Shown: positions 38,925 to 49,051, numbered from the stretch's first letter. The stretch is 64,000 nucleotides of DNA from a virus (IMGVR_UViG_3300043444_000502:64001-128000), one strand, 5' to 3'. The notes: generated by a model not told the origin, from the sequence alone. Made by a program: numbers and translations.

Positions 38925-40374
38925 TGATGTATTTTTAAGAATACAGTGTGAAAGCGGAGTTCGACAAGAACTTGCAGATTATTTTACATTTTATGTTCCT
39001 GGATACAAATTTATGCCTGCATTTAAAAATAAAATGTGGGATGGAAAAATTCGTTTGTATGATTTACGATCATTAACACTATATGTTGGTCTATATGAAT
39101 ATGTTAAAAAATTTGCTGAAGAACGCGGTTATCTAATTGAACAAAACTTTAGCGATAAAATTACAGAAGTAAATGAACAAGATTTAAAAACTTTTGTTGA
39201 TAAAGTTCTCCACTTACCATTCCCTCCAAGAGATTATCAGTATAGAGCCGTAACACATGGTTTACGCCATAAACGTTGTATGCTATTATCTCCAACTGCG
39301 AGTGGCAAATCTCTCATCATTTATATTTTAACACGATTTTTCTTAGAAGTACATAAGAATAAACGCATGTTGTTAATTGTTCCAACTACTTCATTAGTTG
39401 AACAAATGCGCACTGATTTTTTACAATATGCTCAAAATGATGACGCGTTTGATGATTCATGGATGCATGTCATTTACAGCGGAAAAGAAAAACAAACTGC
39501 AGCAAAAATTGTAATTACTACTTGGCAATCAGTTTATAAAATGCCTAAAGAGTGGTTTGAACAATTTGGCATGGTTGTTGGTGATGAAGCTCATACATTT
39601 AAAGCAAAATCATTAACAAGTATTTTAGAAAAAATGACAGATTGTCCATATCGCTTTGGTATGACAGGCACATTAGATGGTACATTAACTCATAAACTCG
39701 TTTTAGAAGGTTTATTTGGTACAGTATATCAAGTTACAACTACTAAAGCTTTGATGGATGCAGAACAACTTGCTAAATTAAATATCAATTGTTTAGTTTT
39801 AAAATATTCTGATGAAGAATGCCAATATGTAAAAGATAAAACATATTCTGAAGAAATTGATTTTATAATTGCACATGAAAAACGCAATAGATTTGTACGC
39901 AATTTAGCAGTTGCACAAGAAGGTAATACTCTTGTATTGTTTAATCGTGTTGAAAAACATGGTAAACCATTATTTAATATGATTAGAGAAAAAGCAGCAG
40001 ATACAAGAAAAGTATTTTATGTATCTGGAGAAACTGCAGTAGATGACAGAGAGTCTATTCGTGCTATCACCGAAAAAGAAAAGAATGCAATTATCGTAGC
40101 ATCGCTTGGCACTTTTTCAACTGGTATTAACATACGTAATTTGCATAATATCATTTTCGCATCTCCATCAAAATCTCAAGTTAAAGTGCTCCAATCAATT
40201 GGTCGTGGTTTAAGAAAATCAGATGATGGTAGAGATACTGTGCTTTATGATATTTGTGATGATTTACATTGGAAGACTAAAAAGAACTTCACTTTGGTCC
40301 ATGCTGGTATCAGAGTACAAATATATACTAAAGAGCAATTTGATTATAAAATTCACGAGGTAAAAATAACATGA
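38893..40374 (+). CDS. uvsW: UvsW helicase
   Basis: SPTASGKS, VPTTSLVEQM, GDEAH, GMTGT, QSIGRGLR. Confidence 0.96.
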   Translation: MMDKLTISKVNDVFLRIQCESGVRQELADYFTFYVPGYKFMPAFKNKMWDGKIRLYDLRSLTLYVGLYEYVKKFAEERGYLIEQNFSDKITEVNEQDLKTFVDKVLHLPFPPRDYQYRAVTHGLRHKRCMLLSPTASGKSLIIYILTRFFLEVHKNKRMLLIVPTTSLVEQMRTDFLQYAQNDDAFDDSWMHVIYSGKEKQTAAKIVITTWQSVYKMPKEWFEQFGMVVGDEAHTFKAKSLTSILEKMTDCPYRFGMTGTLDGTLTHKLVLEGLFGTVYQVTTTKALMDAEQLAKLNINCLVLKYSDEECQYVKDKTYSEEIDFIIAHEKRNRFVRNLAVAQEGNTLVLFNRVEKHGKPLFNMIREKAADTRKVFYVSGETAVDDRESIRAITEKEKNAIIVASLGTFSTGINIRNLHNIIFASPSKSQVKVLQSIGRGLRKSDDGRDTVLYDICDDLHWKTKKNFTLVHAGIRVQIYTKEQFDYKIHEVKIT

Positions 40375-40781
40375 TTAATTATTTGCCACGCGACATTAGA
40401 CAAATAAAACTTGTTAATGGTGAAGAACTATTAACAGAAGTAGTTGGTGAAGATTCTGCAGAATTGTTGATTCGTAATCCACTAAAAGTACATAGAGAGC
40501 GTATGCAAATAAATGATATTGCCCGCGAAGCAAATATGTTTACTAGATGGATGGGGTTTTCTGATAATGATGAGCATATTCTTAAGAAAGAATTTGTTAT
40601 CATTCAAGATATTGTTAATGATGCGGTAGCGTTGTATTATAATAAAATGACAGCTAATATTCTAGAAGATCAAGTTAATCCAATATCAAGCGCTGATGAA
40701 GCTTCTGATCCAGATTTAGTAAAGAGCACAATTAATTATGTTGAACCAGATGATACTGATGAAGGTCCAACTTATCACTAG
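40371..40781 (+). CDS. Conserved T4-like hypothetical (Sm-like fold) protein
   Basis: IKLVNGEELL...IRNPLKV; usual position between uvsW and g55. Confidence 0.65.
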   Translation: MINYLPRDIRQIKLVNGEELLTEVVGEDSAELLIRNPLKVHRERMQINDIAREANMFTRWMGFSDNDEHILKKEFVIIQDIVNDAVALYYNKMTANILEDQVNPISSADEASDPDLVKSTINYVEPDDTDEGPTYH

Positions 40782-40790
40782 GATTATATT

Positions 40791-41420
40791 ATGGAATTTG
40801 AACATTATTTTCACGAATTAAAATCACCTGGATATATCACGGCTAAAGTGCCTGCAGAAATTATGCGAGTATTTGATAATGCAGTGAATGATGTAAAGCT
40901 AAACGGCGGTCAAGATATGGCACATAGATTAGCTGGTCATCTCGATAATCAAATCAATTTGATGAATAGAAAAGATTGTGTTGACGCTATCACGCCATTT
41001 GTATATGACTTAGCTCGTTTATATGATATGCGCTTTGATTATATGCGTAGATTTCAAACGCGTGAAGATGATCAATTGCTATATCTACAAGCGCTATGGT
41101 TAAATTTGCAAAAGAAACATGAATTCAATCCATTGCATAAACATGGTGGTGTATATTCATTTGCTATATGGCATACTATTCCATATGATATTAATGATGA
41201 AATAAATATGTTTAAGACAAAACATAGTAAAGCATCTTGCTTTGAATTTGGATATGTTGATGCGTTAGGTTTGCAACAATTTGAAACTATACCAGTCAAT
41301 AAATCGTATGAAGGTGTAATATGTTTCTTTCCAGCAGTACTTCATCACGGCGTATATCCATTCTTTACTAGTGATGACTATAGAATAAGTATTGCTGGTA
41401 ACTTATACTTTAAATCATAA
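40791..41420 (+). CDS. 2OG-Fe(II) oxygenase-like protein
   Basis: EFNPLHKH, SFAIW, FFPAVLHHGVYPF, RISIAGN. Confidence 0.8.
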   Translation: MEFEHYFHELKSPGYITAKVPAEIMRVFDNAVNDVKLNGGQDMAHRLAGHLDNQINLMNRKDCVDAITPFVYDLARLYDMRFDYMRRFQTREDDQLLYLQALWLNLQKKHEFNPLHKHGGVYSFAIWHTIPYDINDEINMFKTKHSKASCFEFGYVDALGLQQFETIPVNKSYEGVICFFPAVLHHGVYPFFTSDDYRISIAGNLYFKS

Positions 41421-41454
41421 TAAAGGTTATACCTCTGGCCCTGGGGGTAGATAA

Positions 41455-41483
41455 ATTATATCATAAAAATATCCTGTTGTACA
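41455..41483 (-). promoter_or_regulatory. Antisense copy of the phage early promoter
   Basis: Minus strand reads GGGCCTA-TGTACA-N17-TATAAT, the same motif as the + strand promoters at 45453 and 47818. Confidence 0.7.
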
Positions 41484-41505
41484 TAGGCCCCCCGTAAAAA
41501 AATAT

Positions 41506-41534
41506 TGTACTTTTGTTAAAAAATATGTTATAAT
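41506..41534 (+). promoter_or_regulatory. sigma70-type promoter TGTACT-N17-TATAAT upstream of g55
   Basis: -35 at 41506-41511, -10 at 41529-41534. Confidence 0.75.
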
Positions 41535-41576
41535 ACATTATGTGTCCTAATTTTTTAGTTGGAGTGAAATGATAAG

Positions 41577-42179
41577 ATGTCTGAACCTAAGGCTCGTCCC
41601 CATTATGTGGACAACAAGAAGTTTGGCAAAGCATTAGAAGAATACGCAATCGTAGTTAATAAAGCTAAAGCTGACAACAAACCAATCCCTACAGTACCAA
41701 ACTATATCGCAGAATGCTTTCTGAAAATTGCAGAAGGTTTATCACATAAAGTCAACTTCATTCGATACACATATCGAGAAGAGATGGTTATGGACGCGGT
41801 TGAGAACTGTTTACGTGCTATCACAAACTATAATCCAAATGCTGAAACTAGAACTGGTACACAAAATGCCTTTTCTTATTTTACACAAATTTGTTTCTTT
41901 GCCTTTTTAAGGAGAATCGAAAAAGAAAAGAAACAACAAGACATTAAATTCAAATTCATTGAACAGTGTGGTGTTGAAGAGTTTATTGCAAATATTGAAG
42001 GTGATGATACTCATAGCGAACAAGCATTCATAGATTCTTTAAGAGAACGTATTTCAAAAGTTAGAGAAAAAGATGGTGCTATTAAAGAATTCAGTAAAAA
42101 AGAAAAACAAAATAAAGCTTTAGAATTGTTTATGACAGATGAGTTAGTGGAATTTATTAATGAAAATTGCAATTCTTAA
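41577..42179 (+). CDS. g55: Late sigma factor gp55
   Basis: HYVDNK, YIAECFLKIAEGLS, YREEMVMDAVEN, AFSYFTQICFFAF. Confidence 0.96.
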   Translation: MSEPKARPHYVDNKKFGKALEEYAIVVNKAKADNKPIPTVPNYIAECFLKIAEGLSHKVNFIRYTYREEMVMDAVENCLRAITNYNPNAETRTGTQNAFSYFTQICFFAFLRRIEKEKKQQDIKFKFIEQCGVEEFIANIEGDDTHSEQAFIDSLRERISKVREKDGAIKEFSKKEKQNKALELFMTDELVEFINENCNS

Positions 42180-43221
42180 CGATACACATTGTGGTGCTCG
42201 TAATTCATCTGATATCTTTATGGATTATCAGGAAAAATTTTATACAGATGTTTTCTTTCCATATTTGATAGAAAATCATATCACTGAAATTATTCATTTG
42301 GGTGATTATTATGAACATCGTAAATATGTAAACTTTAAAGCATTAGAACACAATCGTAAAGTTTTCTTGGAAAAATTACGTGAACATAAAATTCATATGA
42401 GAATTATTCCAGGCAATCATGATGTATTTTATAAAAATACGAATGAATTATGTTCATTAAAAGAACTAATGGGTTATTATGTTGATTGTGTTACAATTGA
42501 AATGGAACCAATTGTTGTTGAAGAATATGATATACCAATTGCATTAGTGCCATGGATCAATGCAGAAAATTATGCTAATACGATGGAGTTTATTAAAAAC
42601 TGTAAAGCATCGATTATTGGAGGACACTTTGAATTTTCTGGATTCGAAATGTATAAGGGGATTCCTAATCCTCATGGTATGGATACATCTAACTTTGCTA
42701 GATTTGAAACCGTATTATCTGGCCATTTTCACACTAAGTCTTCTCGCGACAACATTCATTATCTTGGTTCTCAAATGGAATTTACTTGGGGTGATTGCGA
42801 TGATCCAAAATATTTTCATATTTTAGATACACAAACACGTGAAATTGTTGCAGTTAATAATCCATATACACTTCATAAAAAAGTAGTGTACAATGATGAA
42901 AAAATGGATTATAATAATTATGATGTAACAAAATTAGATAATCAATTTGTAAAAGTCATCGTTGAAAAGAAAAGTGATTTTTTTGCATTTGATCGTTTTA
43001 TTGATCGTATTCAACAACGTCCAATTTATGAATTAAAAATAGCTGAATCTTTTACAGAATATTTGGGTGATAATGTAGAAGATGATGAAATTGAGTTGGA
43101 TGATACACAAGTTTTATTAGATTCTTATGTTGAAGCAGTTGACACAGAAGCTGATAAAGAAAAATTAAAAACTCTACTAAGAGGTTTATACGTAGAGGCT
43201 CAAACCGCAGAAGTTATATAA
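42160..43221 (+). CDS. g47: Recombination endonuclease gp47 (Mre11-like)
   Basis: DTHCG, HLGD, GNHD, GHFE, SGHFH. Confidence 0.96.
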   Translation: MKIAILNDTHCGARNSSDIFMDYQEKFYTDVFFPYLIENHITEIIHLGDYYEHRKYVNFKALEHNRKVFLEKLREHKIHMRIIPGNHDVFYKNTNELCSLKELMGYYVDCVTIEMEPIVVEEYDIPIALVPWINAENYANTMEFIKNCKASIIGGHFEFSGFEMYKGIPNPHGMDTSNFARFETVLSGHFHTKSSRDNIHYLGSQMEFTWGDCDDPKYFHILDTQTREIVAVNNPYTLHKKVVYNDEKMDYNNYDVTKLDNQFVKVIVEKKSDFFAFDRFIDRIQQRPIYELKIAESFTEYLGDNVEDDEIELDDTQVLLDSYVEAVDTEADKEKLKTLLRGLYVEAQTAEVI

Positions 43222-44939
43222 TGGCATCTATTATCTTTAAAACTGTACGATGGAAAAATTTCTTAAGTACAGGAGATCAATTTACAGAAATTCAATTGGA
43301 TCGCAACGATAGTACTCTTATCGTCGGTCAAAACGGCGCAGGTAAGAGTACGTTGCTTGATGCGTTATCATTTGGTTTATTTGGAAAACCATATCGTAAT
43401 ATTCTTAAACCACAATTAGTTAATTCTATCAATGGAAAACAGTGTGTGGTTGAAGTTGAATTTAGTGTTGGTGCAGCAGAATTTAAAATTATTCGTGGTA
43501 TTAAACCAAACACTTTTGAGATTTATCAAAATGGTAAAATGATAAATCAAGATTCTAATACACGTGACTATCAAGCATTCCTCGAACAAAATGTTTTGAA
43601 GTTAAATCATAAATCGTTCCATCAAATTGTTGTCATTGGATCTGCTTCTTTTACTCCTTTTATGCAGCTTCCAACTGGACAACGTAGAACTATTATTGAG
43701 GAATTGCTTGATATTCAAGTGTTTTCTAGAATGAACCAAATTCTCAAAGAGAAAATGGCAAGACTGAAGGAACAAATTGCAGATGTTAATACACAACTCG
43801 AGCTTATTGGTGAAAAGATTAGATTACAAAACAAGTATATTTCCGATGTCGAATCACTTGCAAAAGACCAGATTCTTGATAAGCAGAATTCCATCGCAGA
43901 CTACCAGAATAGCATACGGAATTTACAAGACCAAAACTCTGAACTTTCGCAAAAGTTGGAGTTACTTATTCAACGACAAAAAGATCTCAAAGCAGTTACA
44001 AATAAGAAACAAAAAATGGTCGGATTTGGAAGTAAGTTTGAATCTACCCTCAAGACATTGCAAGACGACAGAGCTTTTTTTGTGGAAAATACTTCTTGCC
44101 CAACCTGTTCTCAAGAAATATCTGCCGAAACACGGGAAAGCCACGTGCATCGATGCGATAATAAGATCGGGGAAATTACTCAAGGTATTGAGAAGCTCAA
44201 GGAAGAATTAGAAGTTGTTCTTAACCAAGAAACTTCATTAATGTCAGACATCGAATCATTTCAACAGTCTCAAATGGATATTGTTGCAAATAATGCTTCA
44301 ATTTCTGCGCTGCAAAAAGCCATTGATAAATTAGAAAAAGAAATTTTAAATATTGAAGGTACTGATGGAGATGTTAGTGCAGCTCATGGTGATTTAAAAA
44401 TATTGCATGAACAAAAAGAAAAATTAGCTGAATTGAAGTTATCGCAAATCGATCAACAAAATTACAATCATATTGTAAATGAAATGTTGAAAGATACAGG
44501 TATAAAAACAAAGATTGTTAAACAATATCTACCAGTAATTAATAAATTAGTAAATCAATATTTACAAATCTTAGACTTTTTTGTATTATTCAACTTAGAT
44601 GAATCTTTCAATGAAACAATTAAATCTCGTCATCGCGATGATTTTTCTTATGCAAGTTTCTCTGAGGGCGAGAAACAGCGTATTGATTTAAGTCTACTCT
44701 TCACATGGCGTCAAATTGCCAAAATGAAGAATTCTGCTAATACAAACCTTCTAATCTTAGATGAAACATTTGATTCATCACTAGATAATGATGGTATTGA
44801 TAATCTAATGAAAATTTTAAACACAGTTACTGTTGATACAAATGTGTTTATTATTTCTCATAAAGGTGATGTGCTAGATTCTAAATTTAGACACAAAATT
44901 GAATTTATTAAAGAACGAAACTTTTCAAGGATTAAATAA
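43221..44939 (+). CDS. g46: Recombination ATPase gp46 (Rad50-like)
   Basis: GQNGAGKS, CPTC hook, FSEGEKQR, LILDE. Confidence 0.97.
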   Translation: MASIIFKTVRWKNFLSTGDQFTEIQLDRNDSTLIVGQNGAGKSTLLDALSFGLFGKPYRNILKPQLVNSINGKQCVVEVEFSVGAAEFKIIRGIKPNTFEIYQNGKMINQDSNTRDYQAFLEQNVLKLNHKSFHQIVVIGSASFTPFMQLPTGQRRTIIEELLDIQVFSRMNQILKEKMARLKEQIADVNTQLELIGEKIRLQNKYISDVESLAKDQILDKQNSIADYQNSIRNLQDQNSELSQKLELLIQRQKDLKAVTNKKQKMVGFGSKFESTLKTLQDDRAFFVENTSCPTCSQEISAETRESHVHRCDNKIGEITQGIEKLKEELEVVLNQETSLMSDIESFQQSQMDIVANNASISALQKAIDKLEKEILNIEGTDGDVSAAHGDLKILHEQKEKLAELKLSQIDQQNYNHIVNEMLKDTGIKTKIVKQYLPVINKLVNQYLQILDFFVLFNLDESFNETIKSRHRDDFSYASFSEGEKQRIDLSLLFTWRQIAKMKNSANTNLLILDETFDSSLDNDGIDNLMKILNTVTVDTNVFIISHKGDVLDSKFRHKIEFIKERNFSRIK

Positions 44940-45430
44940 TGGATTTACAATATAAACTTATTCCTTTTGATGATGCAATGTTATCATCTCCAGTACAATA
45001 TATTGATATTGAAAATAAACAAGAATTTGCAGAACGTTTAGAAAATGCTTGTAAATTTTTTAAAGGTATTGGATTATCAGCCAATCAAGTGGGTATTAAT
45101 AATAGAGTTTTTTGTGTAGCGTATGAAGGGTTTAATGAAACGTTCTTCGATCCAAAAATCGTTGAATATTCTAAAGAAGAAACTTTATTTGAAGAAGGTT
45201 GTTTGTCACAACCTGGTGTATTCATCAATTTAAAACGTCCTAAGGCAATTAGAATTGAATATACGAATAAAAACAATGAACGCGTTACTACTGATTTTGG
45301 TGGTATCACTGCAAGAATTATTCAACATGAATATGATCATATGGAAGGCACAAATTTTATAAAACGTGCTTCTCCTTTAAAACAAGCATTGGCACTTAAG
45401 AAAGCTAATGCAAAGAAAAGACGTTATTAA
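44939..45430 (+). CDS. def: Peptide deformylase
   Basis: GIGLSANQ, EGCLS, QHEYDH. Confidence 0.93.
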   Translation: MDLQYKLIPFDDAMLSSPVQYIDIENKQEFAERLENACKFFKGIGLSANQVGINNRVFCVAYEGFNETFFDPKIVEYSKEETLFEEGCLSQPGVFINLKRPKAIRIEYTNKNNERVTTDFGGITARIIQHEYDHMEGTNFIKRASPLKQALALKKANAKKRRY

Positions 45431-45452
45431 TCATATACTTGCATAGGGCCTA

Positions 45453-45481
45453 TGTACAGCATGTTATTTCTATGGTATAAT
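45453..45481 (+). promoter_or_regulatory. Early promoter TGTACA-N17-TATAAT
   Basis: -35 at 45453-45458, -10 at 45476-45481 preceded by TGG. Confidence 0.85.
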
Positions 45482-45507
45482 ATATACATATCAAATGAGG
45501 AAATAAC

Positions 45508-47796
45508 ATGCAAGGTGTCCAACTCGATGCAATCTCAATCAACTTAGATCAGCAGTCTACTTTAGCACGTTTGTTAGCTAGAGAAAATATCACTGTTATT
45601 CACGGTGCTTATAAGACTGCATGGTTCGATCCCACAAAACGTGTACTCGCTTTGCCTATTTGGAAGAATAAGGGTAAAGCAGTCTACGATCTTTTAACAG
45701 GCCATGAAGTCGGTCATGCATTATACACTCCAGCACAAGGATGGCATGATGCAGTTGATGATATTAATGGCGCACCTAAAGCATATCTCAATATTTTAGA
45801 AGACGTACGAATCGAACGTAAAGTTCAAGATTTGTATCCTGGTCTTCGCTTTCAATTTCGCAAAGCTTATAAACAATTGGCTGAAGAAGACTTTTTCGGT
45901 ATCGTAAAAAGTGGAGCAGATGTTAATTTGTTGAAAGTTATTGATAAGATTAATCTATTAGCAAAACTTGGTGATCATATTACTATTGCTTTAGATCCAA
46001 TTGAAATGAATTATTTTACTCGTGCTTATTGTACGGAAACATTTGAAGATGTGATAGCTTTAGCTAAAGAAATTTATGCATATCAAAAATCATTAGAAAA
46101 AGATATTCCACAATCTACAGAAGAAGTTCCAACTATTAATGTGTCTTCGAATGAAATAGAAGAAAGTGAAGACGATAATAGCAGTGATTATGAAAAGCAA
46201 GAGTCTTCTACAGAAGAACCATCATCAGTAGATGAAACACAAGAAGAAGACACAACTGAAGAAGAACCACAATCTGGAAAATCTGGTCGTGGAACTCGCG
46301 ACGTCGAACAAAAAGAACTTGCTAAAGATGATGTAAAAACTGAATCTGATAAAGACAAGCACAAAACTAAAGACATTGATGAAGAAGACATCGTTGATCA
46401 AGAAGCAATGACTGATAAGGCATTTCGCGAAAGAGAAAGTGAATTGGTTGCTGACTCTGAGTTGAATAAGCATATGATTTACACAATCAACAAAGTTCGT
46501 CAACCTGAAATCATCATTGACTATAAAGAATATTACGCTGAATGGCATAAACATTTAAATGCTATCACATCATCAGATGCATGGTATAAAGATCGTATTA
46601 CTGAAAATTTAGTAGAGCTTGAAGACACATTTAAGAAATTTAAATCTGATACAGATCTTGCTGCAGCATATATGGCAAAAGAATTTGAATTGCGTAAAGC
46701 CGCATATCAATATTCTCGCTCGACGTTACAAAAAACTGGTGTTATTAATACCAATCGTTTGCATGCATATAAAACTAGTGAAGATATTTTCTTAAAGTCT
46801 ACTAAACTTGCAAATTATAAGAACCATGGTATGATGTTGTTTATTGACTTCTCAGGTTCTATGTCAGAAAATATTGGTCCTACAATTCGTCAAACATTAA
46901 ATCTTGCAGCATTTTGTCGCATGATTAATATTCCATATGAAGTGTATGCGTTTACAACTCGTGTACGTGATGAAGTTTCTGATGAAATTGATTTATCGTC
47001 ATATAGTGACTGTGAAGTTGTCATGCAAAAGTTCAACTTAATGAACCTAATGTCTTCGCGTATGTCACGTCGCGAATATAATGAAAGTTTCCGTATGCTT
47101 TGGAATTTATCAATGGCATGGGATAATAAACTTCATAACAGTTACATTAATCCGTGGAATCATTTACATAGTACACCATTGAATACATGCATTGTATATG
47201 CTCATGATCTTATTGCTCAATATAAGATTAAACATAATGTCGAAAAAATGACTACAATGTTTTTGACTGATGGAGATTCTGATAGTTTCCAGATTAGAGT
47301 TACTGATGAAGGAAAATCAAATAGCATTTATGCAAACGATGGTTATGGTTATAGAGGACGTAAAGCTATTATTCGTTGTGCAGGCAAAAGCTTCACTGTG
47401 AATAATATTGTTGGTTCAGATATGACAAAGAACTTATTGCTTTCACTTAAGAAAACAACTAATACTAATGTACTTGGTTTTTTCATTAGCGAATATCGTA
47501 ATCAAGCTATTGCTAAAGCAGTTGATCAAGCTCCTGTTGGTCAATGGACTAAGTACAAAGAAAAGTATACTGAGCATATGAATAAAAATCGTTGCTTGAT
47601 TGAAGATAACATTTTTGGTTATGATCGCTATTTTGGTCTATGCACAAAATATATGGATATTGTAGAAGATGAATTTGGTGAAATGGTTGAAGATGGAGCC
47701 AGTAAAGGTAAAATTAAAACAGCATTTGCAAAAATGACTAAGGCAAAGCGAGTAAATCGTATCTTGCTAAATGCATTTGTTGATGCAATTGCATGA
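45508..47796 (+). CDS. vWA (MIDAS) protein with N-terminal HExxH domain (CobT-like partner of MoxR)
   Basis: LLTGHEVGHALYT; acidic linker; FIDFSGSMS; LHSTPL; FLTDGDS. Confidence 0.85.
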   Translation: MQGVQLDAISINLDQQSTLARLLARENITVIHGAYKTAWFDPTKRVLALPIWKNKGKAVYDLLTGHEVGHALYTPAQGWHDAVDDINGAPKAYLNILEDVRIERKVQDLYPGLRFQFRKAYKQLAEEDFFGIVKSGADVNLLKVIDKINLLAKLGDHITIALDPIEMNYFTRAYCTETFEDVIALAKEIYAYQKSLEKDIPQSTEEVPTINVSSNEIEESEDDNSSDYEKQESSTEEPSSVDETQEEDTTEEEPQSGKSGRGTRDVEQKELAKDDVKTESDKDKHKTKDIDEEDIVDQEAMTDKAFRERESELVADSELNKHMIYTINKVRQPEIIIDYKEYYAEWHKHLNAITSSDAWYKDRITENLVELEDTFKKFKSDTDLAAAYMAKEFELRKAAYQYSRSTLQKTGVINTNRLHAYKTSEDIFLKSTKLANYKNHGMMLFIDFSGSMSENIGPTIRQTLNLAAFCRMINIPYEVYAFTTRVRDEVSDEIDLSSYSDCEVVMQKFNLMNLMSSRMSRREYNESFRMLWNLSMAWDNKLHNSYINPWNHLHSTPLNTCIVYAHDLIAQYKIKHNVEKMTTMFLTDGDSDSFQIRVTDEGKSNSIYANDGYGYRGRKAIIRCAGKSFTVNNIVGSDMTKNLLLSLKKTTNTNVLGFFISEYRNQAIAKAVDQAPVGQWTKYKEKYTEHMNKNRCLIEDNIFGYDRYFGLCTKYMDIVEDEFGEMVEDGASKGKIKTAFAKMTKAKRVNRILLNAFVDAIA

Positions 47797-47817
47797 TGGG
47801 CATGCATCTAGGGTCTA

Positions 47818-47846
47818 TGTACAACATGTTAAAAATGTGGTATAAT
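47818..47846 (+). promoter_or_regulatory. Early promoter TGTACA-N17-TATAAT
   Basis: -35 at 47818-47823, TGTGG plus -10 at 47841-47846. Confidence 0.85.
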
Positions 47847-47899
47847 ATAACCTGGATGTATGATTAAATTGTAATGTAAATGTGAAAGGTGTCCAAACC

Positions 47900-49051
47900 A
47901 TGAAGCAAGAAATTAAAACAGCATTCGTCAAAACTCTTGGCGATAAATATCCTGGTCGATCAGTATTCGATGTAAAAGAACTCGTCGATCATGCTGAAGA
48001 AATGGGTCTAGGTTACCCGAACTTTATCACTAAACCAGAAAATCGAGTTGGTCGTGGTAAATACCAAATTCAAATGTTGGCAGCAGTTGTGCCACTTAAA
48101 AAGCCTGTTGCAGAAACGTCTGCACAGAATCAAGTTATTCAAACGGTATTTGATCAAGTGAAAATTGAAGTTCCAGAAAAAGATAAAACTTACGTATCGT
48201 GGGGATTCTTTCGAGACGTAAAGCAAATCATTGAATCAATGGCATTCTATCCTGTGTTTATTGCAGGTTTGTCAGGTAATGGTAAGACAATGATGGTTGA
48301 ACAGGCTTGTGCTCAATCACAGCGCAAATATGTACGCGTTAACATTACAGAAGAAACTGATGAAGATGATCTTATCGGTGGTTTCCGTCTAGTGAACGGT
48401 GAAACTGTTTGGTGTGATGGTCCTGTACCTCAAGCCATGAAGCAAGGCGCAATTTGTCTAATCGACGAGATCGATCGTGGTTCTAATAAGCTTATGTGTT
48501 TGCAAGCTGTACTTGAAGGCAAACCACTATATATTAAAAAGACTGGCGCGGTTGTTCGACCAGAAACGGGTTTCAATGTGATTGCAACTGCCAACACTAA
48601 AGGTCGTGGCTCTGAAGATGGTCGCTTTACAGGTGCACGCATCCTTGATGAAGCTTTCCTAGAACGTTTTGTTGCAACTATGGATCAACCATATCCTACT
48701 ACTGCAGTAGAAAAGAAAATTGTTCTAAACGCTATGGAATCTTATGGCAAATTGGATGGTGAATTTGCAGATAACTTAGTTACATGGTCAGATATTATCC
48801 GTACTACATACAAAGATGGCGGTGTAGATGATTTAATCTCTACACGTCGTCTAGTTCATATCGCTCGTACGTATGGTATTTTTGGTGATCGCAAGAAAGC
48901 GATTGAGCTTTGCATCTCTCGCTTTGATGAAGATACACGTACAGCATTTTTAGATCTGTACACAAAGGTGGATAGTAAAGCTGTACAACCAGTTTCAGAA
49001 AAAGAATTTGTTGAAGCACCAATTCAGAACGATACTGTAACACCATTTTAA
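47900..49051 (+). CDS. MoxR/CobS-like AAA+ ATPase
   Basis: GLSGNGKT, DLIGG, LIDEIDR, ATANTKG, DEAFLERF; ATG at 47900. Confidence 0.92.
   Translation: MKQEIKTAFVKTLGDKYPGRSVFDVKELVDHAEEMGLGYPNFITKPENRVGRGKYQIQMLAAVVPLKKPVAETSAQNQVIQTVFDQVKIEVPEKDKTYVSWGFFRDVKQIIESMAFYPVFIAGLSGNGKTMMVEQACAQSQRKYVRVNITEETDEDDLIGGFRLVNGETVWCDGPVPQAMKQGAICLIDEIDRGSNKLMCLQAVLEGKPLYIKKTGAVVRPETGFNVIATANTKGRGSEDGRFTGARILDEAFLERFVATMDQPYPTTAVEKKIVLNAMESYGKLDGEFADNLVTWSDIIRTTYKDGGVDDLISTRRLVHIARTYGIFGDRKKAIELCISRFDEDTRTAFLDLYTKVDSKAVQPVSEKEFVEAPIQNDTVTPF

Noticed and set aside
45494-45504. AATGAGGAAAT resembling the T4 gene 44 RegA recognition element
   Set aside because: It coincides with an ordinary AU-rich Shine-Dalgarno context and cannot be separated from chance without binding data
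45508-49051. Cobalamin biosynthesis (CobS/CobT annotation)
   Set aside because: No cobN or other B12 genes; phage MoxR-vWA pairs are general chaperone-type modules
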